Assembly (NCBI GenBank): GCA_002748265.1
Contig: PDRY01000014.1
Location: forward strand, 134,418 to 198,417
Direction: 5' to 3'
Origin: Rhodobacterales bacterium
GTDB lineage: Bacteria; Pseudomonadota; Alphaproteobacteria; Rhodobacterales; Rhodobacteraceae
DNA: 64,000 nt
Shown: in pieces, positions 1 to 10,551 of the stretch
Position numbering within the stretch: the stretch's first letter is position 1
How the letters are laid out: each line of letters begins with the position of its first letter
The notes under the pieces: generated by a model
Database searches by the model: none
Seen by the model: only the letters and a program-made list of their open reading frames with translations
What the model was told of the DNA's origin: nothing
Translations under genes and position numbers: made by a program

Positions 1-374
1 CCCACGCCGTGCAGACCGCCGGAGACCTTGTAAGAGTTGCTGTCGAACTTACCGCCCGCGTGGAGCTGGGTCATGATGACCTCGGCGGCCGACACGCCCT
101 CTTCGGGGTGCATATCAACCGGGATCCCGCGTCCATTGTCGCGCACCGACACGGAGCTGTCGGCATGGATCTTCACATGCACATAGTCCGCGTGACCGGC
201 CAGAGCTTCGTCGATGCCGTTATCGACGACCTCGTAGACCATATGGTGCAGGCCCGATCCGTCATCGGTGTCACCGATATACATGCCGGGGCGCTTGCGG
301 ACGGCCTCCAGCCCCTTGAGAACCTTAATAGAATCTGCGCCGTACTCTTGCGACGGCTGCTGGTCTTCGGACAT
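1..374 (-). CDS. gyrB: DNA gyrase subunit B, N-terminal ~124 aa (gene continues beyond the left edge)
   Basis: The minus-strand reading from the ATG at 374..372 gives [57 protein letters not shown]..., a canonical GyrB GHKL ATPase N-terminus. The plus-strand ORF at 9..395 in the track is its antisense shadow. The position after recF matches the dnaA-dnaN-recF-gyrB order. Confidence 0.9.
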   Translation of the reverse strand, partial: MSEDQQPSQEYGADSIKVLKGLEAVRKRPGMYIGDTDDGSGLHHMVYEVVDNGIDEALAGHADYVHVKIHADSSVSVRDNGRGIPVDMHPEEGVSAAEVIMTQLHAGGKFDSNSYKVSGGLHGV

Positions 375-479
375 GCGGATTTCCCTTGGTCTTGATCCCC
401 AAGATATACGGTTTTGCCGGGGTAATGTCACGTCTGTGACGCTAGATTTTGAGCGCGCCACAGCGTTCCCTGGTGGCGC

Positions 480-1101
480 CTACACCCATGGGATCACCAA
501 CCCGACAAGGATCAGCAAGGCCCCCGCCGTCAGGTTCGTGCGGCGCAGCGCCCGCGGGGATTTCAAAAGCGCCCGCACCCGGTCGATGGAGCCCGCAAGG
601 ATCAGGTTGCCGATCAATGGCACCACCGCTGCCAGCCCGCACACCGCCGCCATGTCAGCCGAGGTCAGCGCGGTGAGATCGAAGAACCCCGGCAGCATCC
701 CCATGTAGAACAGAACCGCCTTGGGGTTGGCGAGGATCACCGTCAGCCCCGCAGCGAATCCGGCCCACATGCCGGGCCGGGTCAGGCGGGAATCCCCAGC
801 GATGGTCTTGTCTGCGTTGCGGATGATCAGAACGCCCATGGTGACGAAGACCGCACAGGCCACCCATCTCAGGGCCTCAAGGAAACCGCCGTAAACGCCG
901 ACGATCCAGCTCACGCCCTTGATCGCGAGCAGGCACCACAGAACATCGCCCACCGCCACGCCGAGCGCGAGAGGCCATGCGGCGTGGAAGCCGCCCGCCA
1001 TGGCCCGCGCCGTCAGCCCGACCCACACCGGACCCGGTGTCAGGAAGAGGATAAACAGCGCGCCGGCGAACAGAGCCAGCTCTGCAAAGCCAAGGGTCAT
1101 G
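480..1101 (-). CDS. LysE/RhtB family amino-acid exporter
   Basis: The protein MTLGFAELALFAGALFILFLTPGPVWV... has multiple TM segments and the LTPGP motif typical of LysE-type translocators. The start at 1101 was chosen because its ATG overlaps the recF stop (ATGA); the longer 241-aa ORF extends into recF. Confidence 0.7.
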
Positions 1102-2158
1102 CCACGCTCCTGATTATTGATGCGCCGCCATCTTCGGTCACCTCGAACTGCTGCGCCCGCGCGCCGAGGTCGGAAAACAACTCCGCCCCCGTGCCGGTCA
1201 TCCACGCCTGAACGCCCAGGGCGCAGACCTCATCATAGAGCGCGGCGCGGCGCCCGGCGTCCAGATGCGCGGCCACCTCGTCCAGTAGCACGATGGGCCG
1301 CCGGGGCAGGGCCCGCGCATTGGCCAGGATCAGCGAGACCAGCAATGCTTTCTGCTCCCCGGTGGAGCAGTCCCGCGCGGCCACGCCCTTGGCGCGCCAC
1401 ACGGCCTCCAGATCACTGCGATGCGGCCCGGTCAAAGCTCGCCCTGCGGCCATGTCCTGCGCGCGCCCGTCCGCAAGCGCCGCGCGCAGGGCGTCAGGAG
1501 TTTCAGTCAGATCCGCTTGGATTAAGGTCAGCTCCGCCGCTGGAAATGCGGTCTCCGCCGCGCCCTGGGCGTCCATCAAGGCGGCAATCGTAGCCTGCCG
1601 CGCCGCCGTGATCTGGGCCCCGGACTCGGCCATCTGCTGCTCTAAGGCATCGTACCAATGAGCATCGCGCACCTGGTCTTTCAGCAGGCGATTGCGCTCC
1701 CGCATCGCCTTTTCATAGCGCAGAACCGCGTCGCCGTGGCTTGCATCAAAACTCAGCGCTGCACGGTCCAGGAACCGCCGCCGCCCGTCGGCCCCTTCGA
1801 TCCACAGCCGGTCCATGCTGGGCACCAGCCACAGCATTCCGCCAATGCGGCCCAGATCGGTCTGGCTTGCGGCCTTGTCATCAATCCGAACCTGCCGCGC
1901 CGCACCGCCCTCAGAGAAGGTTTCGATCTCGTGCCCGGCCAAATCGGCCTTGATCTTCCATCCCAAAGACTCGGGGCGTCGCCCCATTTCTGCCGCCGCC
2001 GCGCGTCGCATTCCCCGGCCGGGTGACAGTAGGGACACCGCTTCCAGAACATTGGTCTTGCCTGCGCCGTTGGGTCCGAACAGCGCCACGGGGCGTCCGT
2101 CCACCTCCATCTCCCCGCGCCGATGCGAGCGGAAATGGGACAGCAGAAGAGAGGACAC
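1097..2158 (-). CDS. recF: DNA replication and repair protein RecF
   Basis: It has the Walker A motif GPNGAGKTNVLEAVSLLSPGRG and an SMC-like ABC ATPase layout, and sits immediately downstream of dnaN. The GTG start at 2158 (VSSLLLSHFRSHR...) fits the RecF N-terminus; an ATG at 2197 is the alternative. Confidence 0.85.
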   Translation of the reverse strand: MSSLLLSHFRSHRRGEMEVDGRPVALFGPNGAGKTNVLEAVSLLSPGRGMRRAAAAEMGRRPESLGWKIKADLAGHEIETFSEGGAARQVRIDDKAASQTDLGRIGGMLWLVPSMDRLWIEGADGRRRFLDRAALSFDASHGDAVLRYEKAMRERNRLLKDQVRDAHWYDALEQQMAESGAQITAARQATIAALMDAQGAAETAFPAAELTLIQADLTETPDALRAALADGRAQDMAAGRALTGPHRSDLEAVWRAKGVAARDCSTGEQKALLVSLILANARALPRRPIVLLDEVAAHLDAGRRAALYDEVCALGVQAWMTGTGAELFSDLGARAQQFEVTEDGGASIIRSVA

Positions 2159-2269
2159 CGCATGGCTCACGGCGCACCATCCCCTTCTCTTTTGCAAAAA
2201 TACCTCCGCCGGAGGCTCCGCAGCCTCAACCCGAACAGGCCCGGCAGGGCGTAGCCCTCAGGCGCGCCC

Positions 2270-3388
2270 TCAGACACGCATTGGCATGACGACATAGATC
2301 GCGCTGTCGTCGGAGCCCTCTTGCATCAGGGTCGGATCCCCAGAGGAATTGAACAGGAACACCGCGTTTTCGCGATCCACCTGATCCGCGATCTCCTTGA
2401 GGTATTTCGCGTTGAACCCGATCTCCAGCGGATCATCGGCATAGGCGACGGCCAGCTCTTCTTCGGCGTTGCCGCTGTCAGGGGCGTTCACGGACAGGAC
2501 CAGCCGGTCTTCGTCCAGAGCCATCTTCACGGCACGGGACCGCTCCGACGACACGGTGGAGACCCGGTCCACGGCGCGCGCGAACTCGGAGGCGTCCACC
2601 TCCATGCGGCGGGTGTTGGCCTGCGGGATAACGCGGGAATAGTCGGGGAAGGTGCCGTCAATGACCTTCGAGGTCAGGGTGATGGCTTCGGTGGCGAAGC
2701 GCACCTTGGTTTCCGACACCGATACCGCGATCGGGGTGTCGTCTTCTTCCAGCAGCTTGCGCAGCTCGCCGACGGTTTTGCGCGGCACGATCACGCCGGG
2801 CATGTCTTCCGCGCCTTCGGGGAGCGGCGCGTCAATCCGTGCCAGCCGGTGGCCATCGGTCGCCACGCAGCGCAGCACCCGGCCATCGGGGCCTTCGGCG
2901 ACATGCATGTAAACGCCGTTCAGGTAATAGCGGGTCTCTTCGGTCGAGATCGCAAAGCGGCTCTTGTCAAAAAGGCGGCGCAGCACCTCGGACTTGGCCG
3001 AGAAATTCGCCGTGTAGTCCGAAGACGCCATCACCGGGAAATCTTCCCGCGGGAGCGTGGCAAGCTGGAACTGAGACTTCCCGGCCTCGATCACCAGTCG
3101 CCCCTGGGCGCCGTCTTCGGACAGGGACACAAGCGCGCCATCGGGCAGCTTGCGGACAATCTCGTTGAGCGTCATGGCCGATACGGTGGTGGCACCTGCG
3201 CGTTCCACCATGGCGGGGGCCTGGTCCAGAACCTCGATGTCCAGATCGGTCGCCCGGAAATGGACCTTATCGCCTTCGGCCTCGATCAGCACGTTGGCGA
3301 GGATCGGGATCGTGTTGCGCCGCTCCACAACAGATTGCGCCTGTGCGACAGCTTTCAGAAGCGCGCCCCGTTCGATGCTGATCTTCAT
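2270..3388 (-). CDS. dnaN: DNA polymerase III beta sliding clamp
   Basis: MKISIERGALLKAVAQAQSVVERRNTIPILANVLIEAEGDKVHFRATDLDIEV... is a typical DnaN of ~372 aa, located between dnaA and recF. Confidence 0.92.
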   Translation of the reverse strand: MKISIERGALLKAVAQAQSVVERRNTIPILANVLIEAEGDKVHFRATDLDIEVLDQAPAMVERAGATTVSAMTLNEIVRKLPDGALVSLSEDGAQGRLVIEAGKSQFQLATLPREDFPVMASSDYTANFSAKSEVLRRLFDKSRFAISTEETRYYLNGVYMHVAEGPDGRVLRCVATDGHRLARIDAPLPEGAEDMPGVIVPRKTVGELRKLLEEDDTPIAVSVSETKVRFATEAITLTSKVIDGTFPDYSRVIPQANTRRMEVDASEFARAVDRVSTVSSERSRAVKMALDEDRLVLSVNAPDSGNAEEELAVAYADDPLEIGFNAKYLKEIADQVDRENAVFLFNSSGDPTLMQEGSDDSAIYVVMPMRV

Positions 3389-3550
3389 GTCTCTCTCCGT
3401 CACTCGCCGGTCCGGTTCAGGTTCCGGCAAGGTGGTGCAAACCAACCCTCCGGGGCGCCGACCCTACCCGGATCTTGCGCCAGAACAAGCGTTTTCAGTG
3501 CAAAATCGAACGGTAACGCTGCGGGGTCAAGCCCCACAGCGATCCTTCGG

Positions 3551-4888
3551 TCAGCTTTCCAGCGACCGGCGCAACAGCTCCAGATCATCTGCGATCTGGC
3601 TGTCGGTGGCTTTCAGCTCTTCGATCTTCTTGACGCCGTGCAGCACGGTCGTGTGATCGCGCCCGCCAAAGCGCCGCCCGATCTCGGGCAGGGAGCGGGA
3701 TGTCATCGTCTTGGACAGGTACATCGCCATCTGGCGAGGCCGGGCAAAGACGCGCTGACGGCGCGGGCCGATCATGTCCGCAAGGCGGATGTTGAAATGC
3801 TCGGACACTTTCCGCTGGATCTCTTCGATCGTGATCTTGCGATCCGAGGCGCGCAGAATGTCTGAGAGGCATTCCTGCGTCAGGTCCAGATCAATCTCGC
3901 GGCCCACAAGATGCGCAAAGGCAAAGAGCCGGGTCAGCGCGCCTTCCAGCACGCGCACATTGGTCGAAATCCGGTGGGCGAGGAATTCCAGCACGCCTTC
4001 ACCGATCTGCACATCGGGGTAGAAGTCGCGCTGCTGCTCGACCTTGGTGTGCAGGATACCAAGCCGCAGCTCGTAGTCGGTGGGGTGCAGGTCCACGACC
4101 AACCCGCATTGCAGGCGCGACGTGATCCTGGCCTCCAGGTCCTTGATCTCATCGGGGGCGCGGTCGGCGGAGATCACGATCTGCTTGCCGGCATCGACCA
4201 AAGCATTGAAGGTGTGGAAGAATTCTTCCTGAGTGGAGTTCTTCCCGGCGATGAACTGGACGTCATCGACCATCAGAACATCGACCGACCGGAAGAGCTG
4301 TTTGAAGTCGATCATCGCGTTGGAGCGGATCGCGGTCACAAAACGCACGATGAACTGATCGGAGGTGAGGTAGAGCACCTTCAGCTCGGGCCGCTTTTGC
4401 CGCATCTCATTGGCGATGGCGTGCATCAGGTGCGTCTTGCCGAGCCCGACACCGCCGTACAGGAACAGCGGATTGAAGGTCACGGGGCTGCCTTCCGCCA
4501 CGCGCAGGGCGGCCGAATAGGCCAGCTGGTTGGGCTTGCCGACGACGAAGCTGTCAAAGGTGAAGCGCGGGTCCAGGGGCGATCCCTCTTCGGCCTGCGC
4601 GGTGGGCTGGGTCGGAGCTGCCGCGGGCGCCTCGGGCGCGCTCGGCGCGGGTTGGCGCGCGGCGGCAAAAGACAATCGCCCGGCCTGCGCGCCAGAGCGA
4701 TTGATGTGATAGAGGATCTGTTCCCCAAAATTCTGGTTCACGTAGTTCCCGATGAAGGTTGTGGGCACTTCGAACTGTGCCACCCCATCTACCAGACCCT
4801 TAAAGTTCAGCGGCGCGATCCAATTGGAGTGATTGCTCTGTCCAACGGTGGCCTTGATGTCGTCGCTGACCTTGTCCCAGTTCACCAT
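3551..4888 (-). CDS. dnaA: Chromosomal replication initiator DnaA
   Basis: It has the AAA+ Walker A ([16 protein letters not shown]) and a C-terminal DnaA-box-binding HTH ([29 protein letters not shown]). The start at MVNWDKV (4888) was chosen; the 27-aa upstream extension lacks DnaA-like sequence. Confidence 0.92.
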   Translation of the reverse strand: MVNWDKVSDDIKATVGQSNHSNWIAPLNFKGLVDGVAQFEVPTTFIGNYVNQNFGEQILYHINRSGAQAGRLSFAAARQPAPSAPEAPAAAPTQPTAQAEEGSPLDPRFTFDSFVVGKPNQLAYSAALRVAEGSPVTFNPLFLYGGVGLGKTHLMHAIANEMRQKRPELKVLYLTSDQFIVRFVTAIRSNAMIDFKQLFRSVDVLMVDDVQFIAGKNSTQEEFFHTFNALVDAGKQIVISADRAPDEIKDLEARITSRLQCGLVVDLHPTDYELRLGILHTKVEQQRDFYPDVQIGEGVLEFLAHRISTNVRVLEGALTRLFAFAHLVGREIDLDLTQECLSDILRASDRKITIEEIQRKVSEHFNIRLADMIGPRRQRVFARPRQMAMYLSKTMTSRSLPEIGRRFGGRDHTTVLHGVKKIEELKATDSQIADDLELLRRSLES

Positions 4889-5379
4889 TCTCGTTCGTCC
4901 CGTCCCATCGATCCATGGCCGTGGCTGTTGCCATTCGGCCTGCGCTTCGTTCGTCACTCTCAATCGCCACAAATAACCTGGCCGGCCGAAAGCGAGATCG
5001 GCCAGAAAACAGGTCAGCCCTGTGGCGGGCCGAAAGGCGCGAGCTCAGAAGATCTGAGCTGCCTGCGCCTCACGGCTCCGGGTTATAGGACACCAGACCT
5101 GCCGGAGCAGATCATTGCAGACATCCCCACTTCGGCTTTGCCGAAGCATTAAGCGGCGCGATGCGTTTGCCGAGTGATCCGTCCCTTGATCGTTTCGGCG
5201 GTGCTCTGGCCGCTTCCCCTAGAGCGATGTGAATCGCTCAAGCACGCTAGCAAGTCGGTCGGCGACGCATCAACACCAACATATGACTTGACGGGCCCGT
5301 GGATGAAAAAGAATCTCCGCCATTCTTTCAGGTGTCTGAAAATAAAGGAGATTGCTCTTCGTGCGACATTTGGCACACC

Positions 5380-5407
5380 AAAAAGGCGCGGGGTCTCCGC
5401 GCCTTTT
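5380..5407 (-). terminator. Rho-independent terminator of rpsT
   Basis: A perfect 7-bp GC stem (ggcgcgg / ccgcgcc) with a 5-nt loop is extended by A4/T4, and on the minus strand it is followed by a TTTTT run 45 nt downstream of the rpsT stop. Confidence 0.8.
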
Positions 5408-5451
5408 CAACAGACGATAATCTAGCGATTTGTTGGGAAAACAGCCCGGCT

Positions 5452-5715
5452 TTAGCCGAGCGCTTTGACCCGTGCGCTCAGGCGCGACATTTTGCGCGCT
5501 GCGGTGTTCTTGTGCATCACACCCTTGGTCACGCCGCGCATCAGCTCGGGCTGGAACGCGCGCAGAGCGGTTTGAGCAGCGTCAGAGCTGCCGGAGGCGA
5601 TCGCCTCTTCAACCTTGCGCAGGTAGGTGCGGATGCGCGAACGACGCGCTTTGTTCACTTCGGTGCGACGCTCCGCCTGGCGGGCGCGCTTTTTGGACTG
5701 GGGCGTATTGGCCAT
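5452..5715 (-). CDS. rpsT: 30S ribosomal protein S20
   Basis: [39 protein letters not shown]... is a basic 87-aa protein and a classic S20. Confidence 0.95.
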   Translation of the reverse strand: MANTPQSKKRARQAERRTEVNKARRSRIRTYLRKVEEAIASGSSDAAQTALRAFQPELMRGVTKGVMHKNTAARKMSRLSARVKALG

Positions 5716-5799
5716 GCTGGTGCGGGCTCTCTGAGTCGTCTATCTGAAACCTGAAGCCGCGTCCTTAAGGGCGCGGCGGCAGGCTGTCAACAGGTTGCG

Positions 5800-6576
5800 T
5801 TACTTGTCGCGGAACTGAGGTTCGCGTTTTTCGCGGAAAGCTTCCATGCCTTCCTTCTGGTCTTCGGTCGAAAACAGCGCCTGGAACAGCCGCTTTTCGA
5901 ACCGGATCCCTTCGGCCAGGCTGGTTTCCAGCGCCGTGTTCACGGCCTCTTTCGCGGCCATGGAGGCGATCAGGCTCTTCCCGGAGATGCGGTTGGCGGC
6001 GTTAAGAGCTTCTTCTTTCAGCTTTTTACCCGGCACCACGCGGCTCACGAGGCCGGAGCGTTCGGCCTCTTCGGCGCCCATCATGCGGCCGGTCAGGTGC
6101 ATATCCATGGACTTGGCTTTGCCGATGGCATGGGTCAGGCGCTGCGTGCCGCCGATCCCGGCGATCACGCCCAGATTGATCTCGGGCTGGCCGAATTTGG
6201 CGTCTTCGCTGGCGATAATGAAATCGCACATCATGGCCAGCTCGCAGCCGCCGCCCAGAGCATAGCCGGACACTGCAGCGATGATCGGCTTGCGAATCGC
6301 ACCGACGCGGCGGTCGAAGCTGCCGAAGGATTCGTTGCGATACATGTCCACGAAGGACTGCTCTGCCATCTCGGTGATGTCGGCGCCGGCCGCAAAGGCC
6401 TTCTCCGATCCGGTGATGACAATCGCGCGCACCTTGTCGTTGGCGTCGGCGTCTTCCAACGCGTCGGCCAGCTCTCCCAGCAGGGCGGCGTTGAGCGCAT
6501 TGAGCGCGTCCGGTCGGTTGAGTGTGATCAGCGCCACGTGGTCGCTGATATCGACGATAATCGTCTCATAGGCCAT
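5800..6576 (-). CDS. Enoyl-CoA hydratase / crotonase family
   Basis: It has the crotonase fold signature AFAAGADI...VSGYALGGGCELAMMCD. The start at MAYETIIVD (6576) was chosen. Confidence 0.85.
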   Translation of the reverse strand: MAYETIIVDISDHVALITLNRPDALNALNAALLGELADALEDADANDKVRAIVITGSEKAFAAGADITEMAEQSFVDMYRNESFGSFDRRVGAIRKPIIAAVSGYALGGGCELAMMCDFIIASEDAKFGQPEINLGVIAGIGGTQRLTHAIGKAKSMDMHLTGRMMGAEEAERSGLVSRVVPGKKLKEEALNAANRISGKSLIASMAAKEAVNTALETSLAEGIRFEKRLFQALFSTEDQKEGMEAFREKREPQFRDK

Positions 6577-6639
6577 TTGTGGCACCTTTTTCTGTCCCGT
6601 CGAGGACTCAGCCTTACCAGCCAAGGCGCGGCGATCAAG

Positions 6640-7491
6640 CTATCTTTGGCACTTTGGGCAGGCATAGGTGGAGCGCCCGCCATGAGCGGTCCGCCGGATC
6701 GTGCCGCCACATCCGTCGCGCGGACAGGGGGCGCCTTCGCGGTCATAGACGCGGAAGCTGTGCTGGAAATATCCAAGCTCTCCATCAGCTTGCCGATAGT
6801 CGCGCAAGGATGACCCGCCCGCCGCGATGGCGTCCTGCAAGGTGGTTCGGATTTCCTGCACCAGCGTTTCAAGCCGCGCGTCGGAAATTCGGCCTCCCGC
6901 CCGGTTCGGATTGATCCCGGCACGGTGCAGAGCCTCGCAGACATAGATATTGCCCAGCCCGGCCACGATTCGCTGATCCAGCAGGAGCGTCTTGATCGGC
7001 GCGTTACGCCCGGCCAGCTTTGCGCCCAGCGTGGCCGCGTCAAAGCCGTTGCCCAAAGGTTCGGGCCCCAGCACCGCAATCAGCTTATGCGTGGTTTCCT
7101 GAGCGGTTGGAAACATGTCCATGGCCCCGAACCGGCGCGGGTCGTTGAACACGACTTTCGCGCCGCCTTCGATGTCCAGAATGACGTGATCGTGCTTTTG
7201 CGGCGCCGCGTGGTCGTGATGGAACAGCCCAAGCGGATCGCCCGAGACGGTGATGCGCCCCGACATGCCCAGATGGATCAGCAGCGTCTCATCCCCGTCC
7301 AGATCGGCCAGGATGTATTTCGACCGCCGCCGCAACCGATCAATCCGGCGCCCGGTGAGCCGCTCGGCCATCCGGTCGGGGAACGGCCAACGCAGGTCGG
7401 GCCGGTTGACCTGTGCACGCGCGATGCGGGCGCCGGTCAGGACGGGCTCAAGCCCCCGGCGGACGGTTTCGACCTCTGGTAATTCGGGCAT
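6640..7491 (-). CDS. mutM: Formamidopyrimidine-DNA glycosylase
   Basis: It has the N-terminal MPELPEVE catalytic motif with Pro2 and a C-terminal zinc finger ([27 protein letters not shown]). Confidence 0.92.
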   Translation of the reverse strand: MPELPEVETVRRGLEPVLTGARIARAQVNRPDLRWPFPDRMAERLTGRRIDRLRRRSKYILADLDGDETLLIHLGMSGRITVSGDPLGLFHHDHAAPQKHDHVILDIEGGAKVVFNDPRRFGAMDMFPTAQETTHKLIAVLGPEPLGNGFDAATLGAKLAGRNAPIKTLLLDQRIVAGLGNIYVCEALHRAGINPNRAGGRISDARLETLVQEIRTTLQDAIAAGGSSLRDYRQADGELGYFQHSFRVYDREGAPCPRDGCGGTIRRTAHGGRSTYACPKCQR

Positions 7492-7576
7492 GGTGCGACC
7501 TTATTCCTGTTCGACCCGGACTGTCCCCCGCGCCAGATGCCCTGTAAAGAGCTGGGGACAGATAAGGACAGGCGCG

Positions 7577-8326
7577 ATGAGCGACGATCAGAACACCACC
7601 CATTTCGGCTTTGAGACCGTGCAGGAGGCCGAAAAGGCCCCCCGCGTGCGCGGCGTCTTTGAAAGCGTCGCCTCGCGCTACGACGTCATGAATGACGCCA
7701 TGTCGATGGGGATTCACCGGCTCTGGAAAGATGCGATGATGGATTGGCTGTCGCCGCGTCCCGGTCAGCGTCTTTTGGACGTTGCGGGGGGCACCGGGGA
7801 CATTTCCTTCCGGTTCCTCAAACGCGCCGGTCATGGTCACGCCACCGTCCTGGACCTGACCGAACCCATGCTGGTCGAAGGCCGCAAACGCGCCGAAGCA
7901 GACCAGATGGCGGACAGTCTGGACTGGGTCGTGGGCGATGCCATGGCACTGCCCTTCGAAGACAACAGCTTTGATGTCTATACGATCAGCTTTGGCATCC
8001 GAAACGTGACCCGCCCGCAAGAGGCGCTCAACGAAGCCTACCGCGTGCTGCGTCCGGGGGGGCGGCTCATGGTGCTCGAATTCAGCCAGGTTCCGGTGCC
8101 GCTGCTGCAGAAGGTCTATGACCTCTACTCCTTCAATATCATCCCGCGCATGGGGCAGGCGATCGCCGGAGATCGCGACAGCTATCAGTATCTGGTCGAA
8201 TCCATCCGCCGTTTCCCGGATCAGGAGACGTTCCTGGGTATGGTCCGCACGGCCGGGTTTGAAAATGCTGCCTATCGGAACCTGACCATGGGCATTGCCG
8301 CGCTCCATTCCGGGTGGAAAATCTGA
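7577..8326 (+). CDS. ubiE: Ubiquinone/menaquinone C-methyltransferase UbiE
   Basis: [51 protein letters not shown]... carries the SAM-binding motif LDVAGGTGD. The longer ORF from 7250 overlaps mutM and is rejected. Confidence 0.9.
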   Translation: MSDDQNTTHFGFETVQEAEKAPRVRGVFESVASRYDVMNDAMSMGIHRLWKDAMMDWLSPRPGQRLLDVAGGTGDISFRFLKRAGHGHATVLDLTEPMLVEGRKRAEADQMADSLDWVVGDAMALPFEDNSFDVYTISFGIRNVTRPQEALNEAYRVLRPGGRLMVLEFSQVPVPLLQKVYDLYSFNIIPRMGQAIAGDRDSYQYLVESIRRFPDQETFLGMVRTAGFENAAYRNLTMGIAALHSGWKI

Positions 8327-9858
8327 TGCGCGGGCCGCACAATCTGTTTCGCCTGATCCGCGTCGGAGCGACGCTCGAAGCCAACGGCGCCATGGGCGAC
8401 GTGCTGGACGCGATGGAAGCGCCGCCGCTGCTGCGCACCGTGGCGCGTGTCTTTGCCTGGCCGTTCCGCTGGCTGGGCTATCGGGGTGATCCGTCGCTTC
8501 CGCCGGTAACGCGGGCGCTGACGGCGATGGGGCCCGCCTATATCAAGCTGGGACAGATCCTTTCGACCCGCCCGGATGTGGTGGGCGACACGATGGCGGG
8601 TCAGCTGCGCGTGCTTCAGGACAAGCTGCCCGCCTTCCCGCGCGACGTGGCCGAAAAGACCGTTGCGGCTGAGCTGGGGCAGCCGGTGAGCGAGGTGTTT
8701 TCGTCCTTCTCCGAGCCCGTGGCGGCGGCATCCATCGCGCAGGTCCACAAGGCGCATCTGGCCTCTGACGGCCGCGCCGTTGCCGTGAAAGTGCTGCGCC
8801 CGGGGATCGAGCGCGCCTTCCGCCGTGACATCGACGCATTCTATGCCGCGGCGCGTATGATCGAAGTGCTCGCCCCGTCCGCGCGCCGACTGCGCCCGAT
8901 GGACGTGATCACCCATTTCGAAGAAGTGGTGAAGGGCGAGCTCGACCTGCGGGTAGAAAGCGCCTCTGCCGACGCGTTCCGGGCGGGCACGCTGGACGAC
9001 GAAGGGTTTCGCGTTCCGGCAGTGATCTGGCCCGCGTCGGCCCGCCGGGTGATGACACTGGAATGGGTCGAAGGGCTGAGCGCCACCGACCTGGCTGGCA
9101 TTGACGCCGCTGGTCATAACCGTGCCGCCATCGCGGCCCGCGTGCTTCAGATGTTCCTCCGCCATGCGCTGCGCGACGGGTTCTTTCACGCGGACATGCA
9201 CCAGGGGAACCTGCGGATCGGGCCGGAAGGCGATCTGATTGCGCTCGATTTCGGGATCATGGGGCGGATCGACGACTACACGCGGCGTGTCTATGCCGAG
9301 ATCCTCTATGGGTTCATCCAGCGGGACTACCAACGGGTCGCGGAAGTCCATTTCGAAGCGGGCTACGTGCCCGCCGATCAGGACGTTGATGCCTTTGCTC
9401 TGGCTTTGCGCGCGGTGGGTGAGCCGATCTTTGGCATGGATGCGACGGGCATCTCTATGGGGCGGCTTTTGTCCTACCTGTTCGAAGTGACCGAACGGTT
9501 CGGGATGCAGACCCGCACCGAGTTGATTTTGCTTCAACGCACCATGGTGGTGGTGGAGGGCGTGGCGCGCAGCCTTGATCCGCATATCAACATCTGGGAG
9601 GCCGCGCGGCCTGTGGTCGAAGACTACATTCGAACCTCTATCGGTCCGGTGGCATTGGCCCGCGATGCGGCGCGCACGCTGCGCATTCTGTCGCGCTTTG
9701 GCCCCCGCCTGCCGCAGATGGCCGAAGCCGCGATCATCGCACGGTCTGCGCCGCCCGCCAAAGCACCTCGGCGCGCGCGCAGCGTTGGGCTTCTGGCCAC
9801 GGGTGCTGCGGGCGGGGCCGCGTTGGCTGCTGTGCTCACCGCGCTGATTCTGGGCTGA
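8326..9858 (+). CDS. ubiB: Ubiquinone biosynthesis protein UbiB (ABC1 atypical kinase)
   Basis: It has an ABC1/ADCK kinase domain (AAASIAQVHKA, HADMHQGNL). The ATG at 8326 overlaps the ubiE stop (TGATG); an in-frame ATG at 8314 is also possible. Confidence 0.88.
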   Translation: MRGPHNLFRLIRVGATLEANGAMGDVLDAMEAPPLLRTVARVFAWPFRWLGYRGDPSLPPVTRALTAMGPAYIKLGQILSTRPDVVGDTMAGQLRVLQDKLPAFPRDVAEKTVAAELGQPVSEVFSSFSEPVAAASIAQVHKAHLASDGRAVAVKVLRPGIERAFRRDIDAFYAAARMIEVLAPSARRLRPMDVITHFEEVVKGELDLRVESASADAFRAGTLDDEGFRVPAVIWPASARRVMTLEWVEGLSATDLAGIDAAGHNRAAIAARVLQMFLRHALRDGFFHADMHQGNLRIGPEGDLIALDFGIMGRIDDYTRRVYAEILYGFIQRDYQRVAEVHFEAGYVPADQDVDAFALALRAVGEPIFGMDATGISMGRLLSYLFEVTERFGMQTRTELILLQRTMVVVEGVARSLDPHINIWEAARPVVEDYIRTSIGPVALARDAARTLRILSRFGPRLPQMAEAAIIARSAPPAKAPRRARSVGLLATGAAGGAALAAVLTALILG

Positions 9859-9885
9859 ACGGGTTGGGCTGGGCCCGGCACCGTG

Positions 9886-10542
9886 TCAGCCCGGTCGGAT
9901 CGCTTGCACCTTTTCGGGGGAGATGGTCGTCCCCGACTCAAGCACGATCTGGGCGCCGGTCGGACCAGTTCGAACTTCTCTGACCTCCTGATAGACCGCA
10001 GTGGTTTGCCGCGCGATCTCCGCATCGCCTTTGTAGCCAACGGTTTCAAAGACGTATTCTCCGGTGAGGTAGGCGGTTCCGTCCGGGGAACGCCCCTCCC
10101 ATGTGACAGGCCCCGATTCTAAGGGCAACTCAATCCGCTCAATGATGGAGTCCCCACCAGCTTTGACTTCGATGACGGCGCGGGTGGCGTCTGCGGGATA
10201 GTCCGGCAGCAAGGTCAAAGGCGCACCTTCGAAACTGGCGGACGCCGGTGCGGCGACCTGTTGGCCGATCCATTCGGCATAGTCGGACAATGTGCCGCCG
10301 CCGATCCGGCCCGCGATCTGCTCAAGAAGTTCGTTGGATCGGGTCTGCTGTTCTACCCCGGCGAAGGTGGCAAGCTGCACGGCGTAGTCGGCCGATTCGA
10401 TGGGGTTCAGGGGATCCTGGTTCTTCATCTGGACAGTCAGCATGGTCAGAAATGCATCGAAGTCGCTGGCGATCCCCTTGCTTGAACTTGTTGACGGGGT
10501 GGGCGTGGACGTCGCCTGAGTCACAGGTGAGATCTGGGTCAT
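9886..10542 (-). CDS. flgD: Flagellar hook capping / assembly protein FlgD
   Basis: The FlgD N-terminal signature is present: DFDAFLTMLTVQMKNQDPLNPIESADYAVQLATFAGVEQ. Confidence 0.88.
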   Translation of the reverse strand: MTQISPVTQATSTPTPSTSSSKGIASDFDAFLTMLTVQMKNQDPLNPIESADYAVQLATFAGVEQQTRSNELLEQIAGRIGGGTLSDYAEWIGQQVAAPASASFEGAPLTLLPDYPADATRAVIEVKAGGDSIIERIELPLESGPVTWEGRSPDGTAYLTGEYVFETVGYKGDAEIARQTTAVYQEVREVRTGPTGAQIVLESGTTISPEKVQAIRPG

Positions 10543-10551
10543 AGCGTTCTC

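Noticed and set aside
2321-3865. A 514-aa plus-strand ORF spanning dnaN and the dnaA 3' end.
   Set aside because: It is antisense to two unambiguous essential genes. It has no recognisable domains, and its composition (R/G/A/H-rich) is typical of GC-rich antisense frames.
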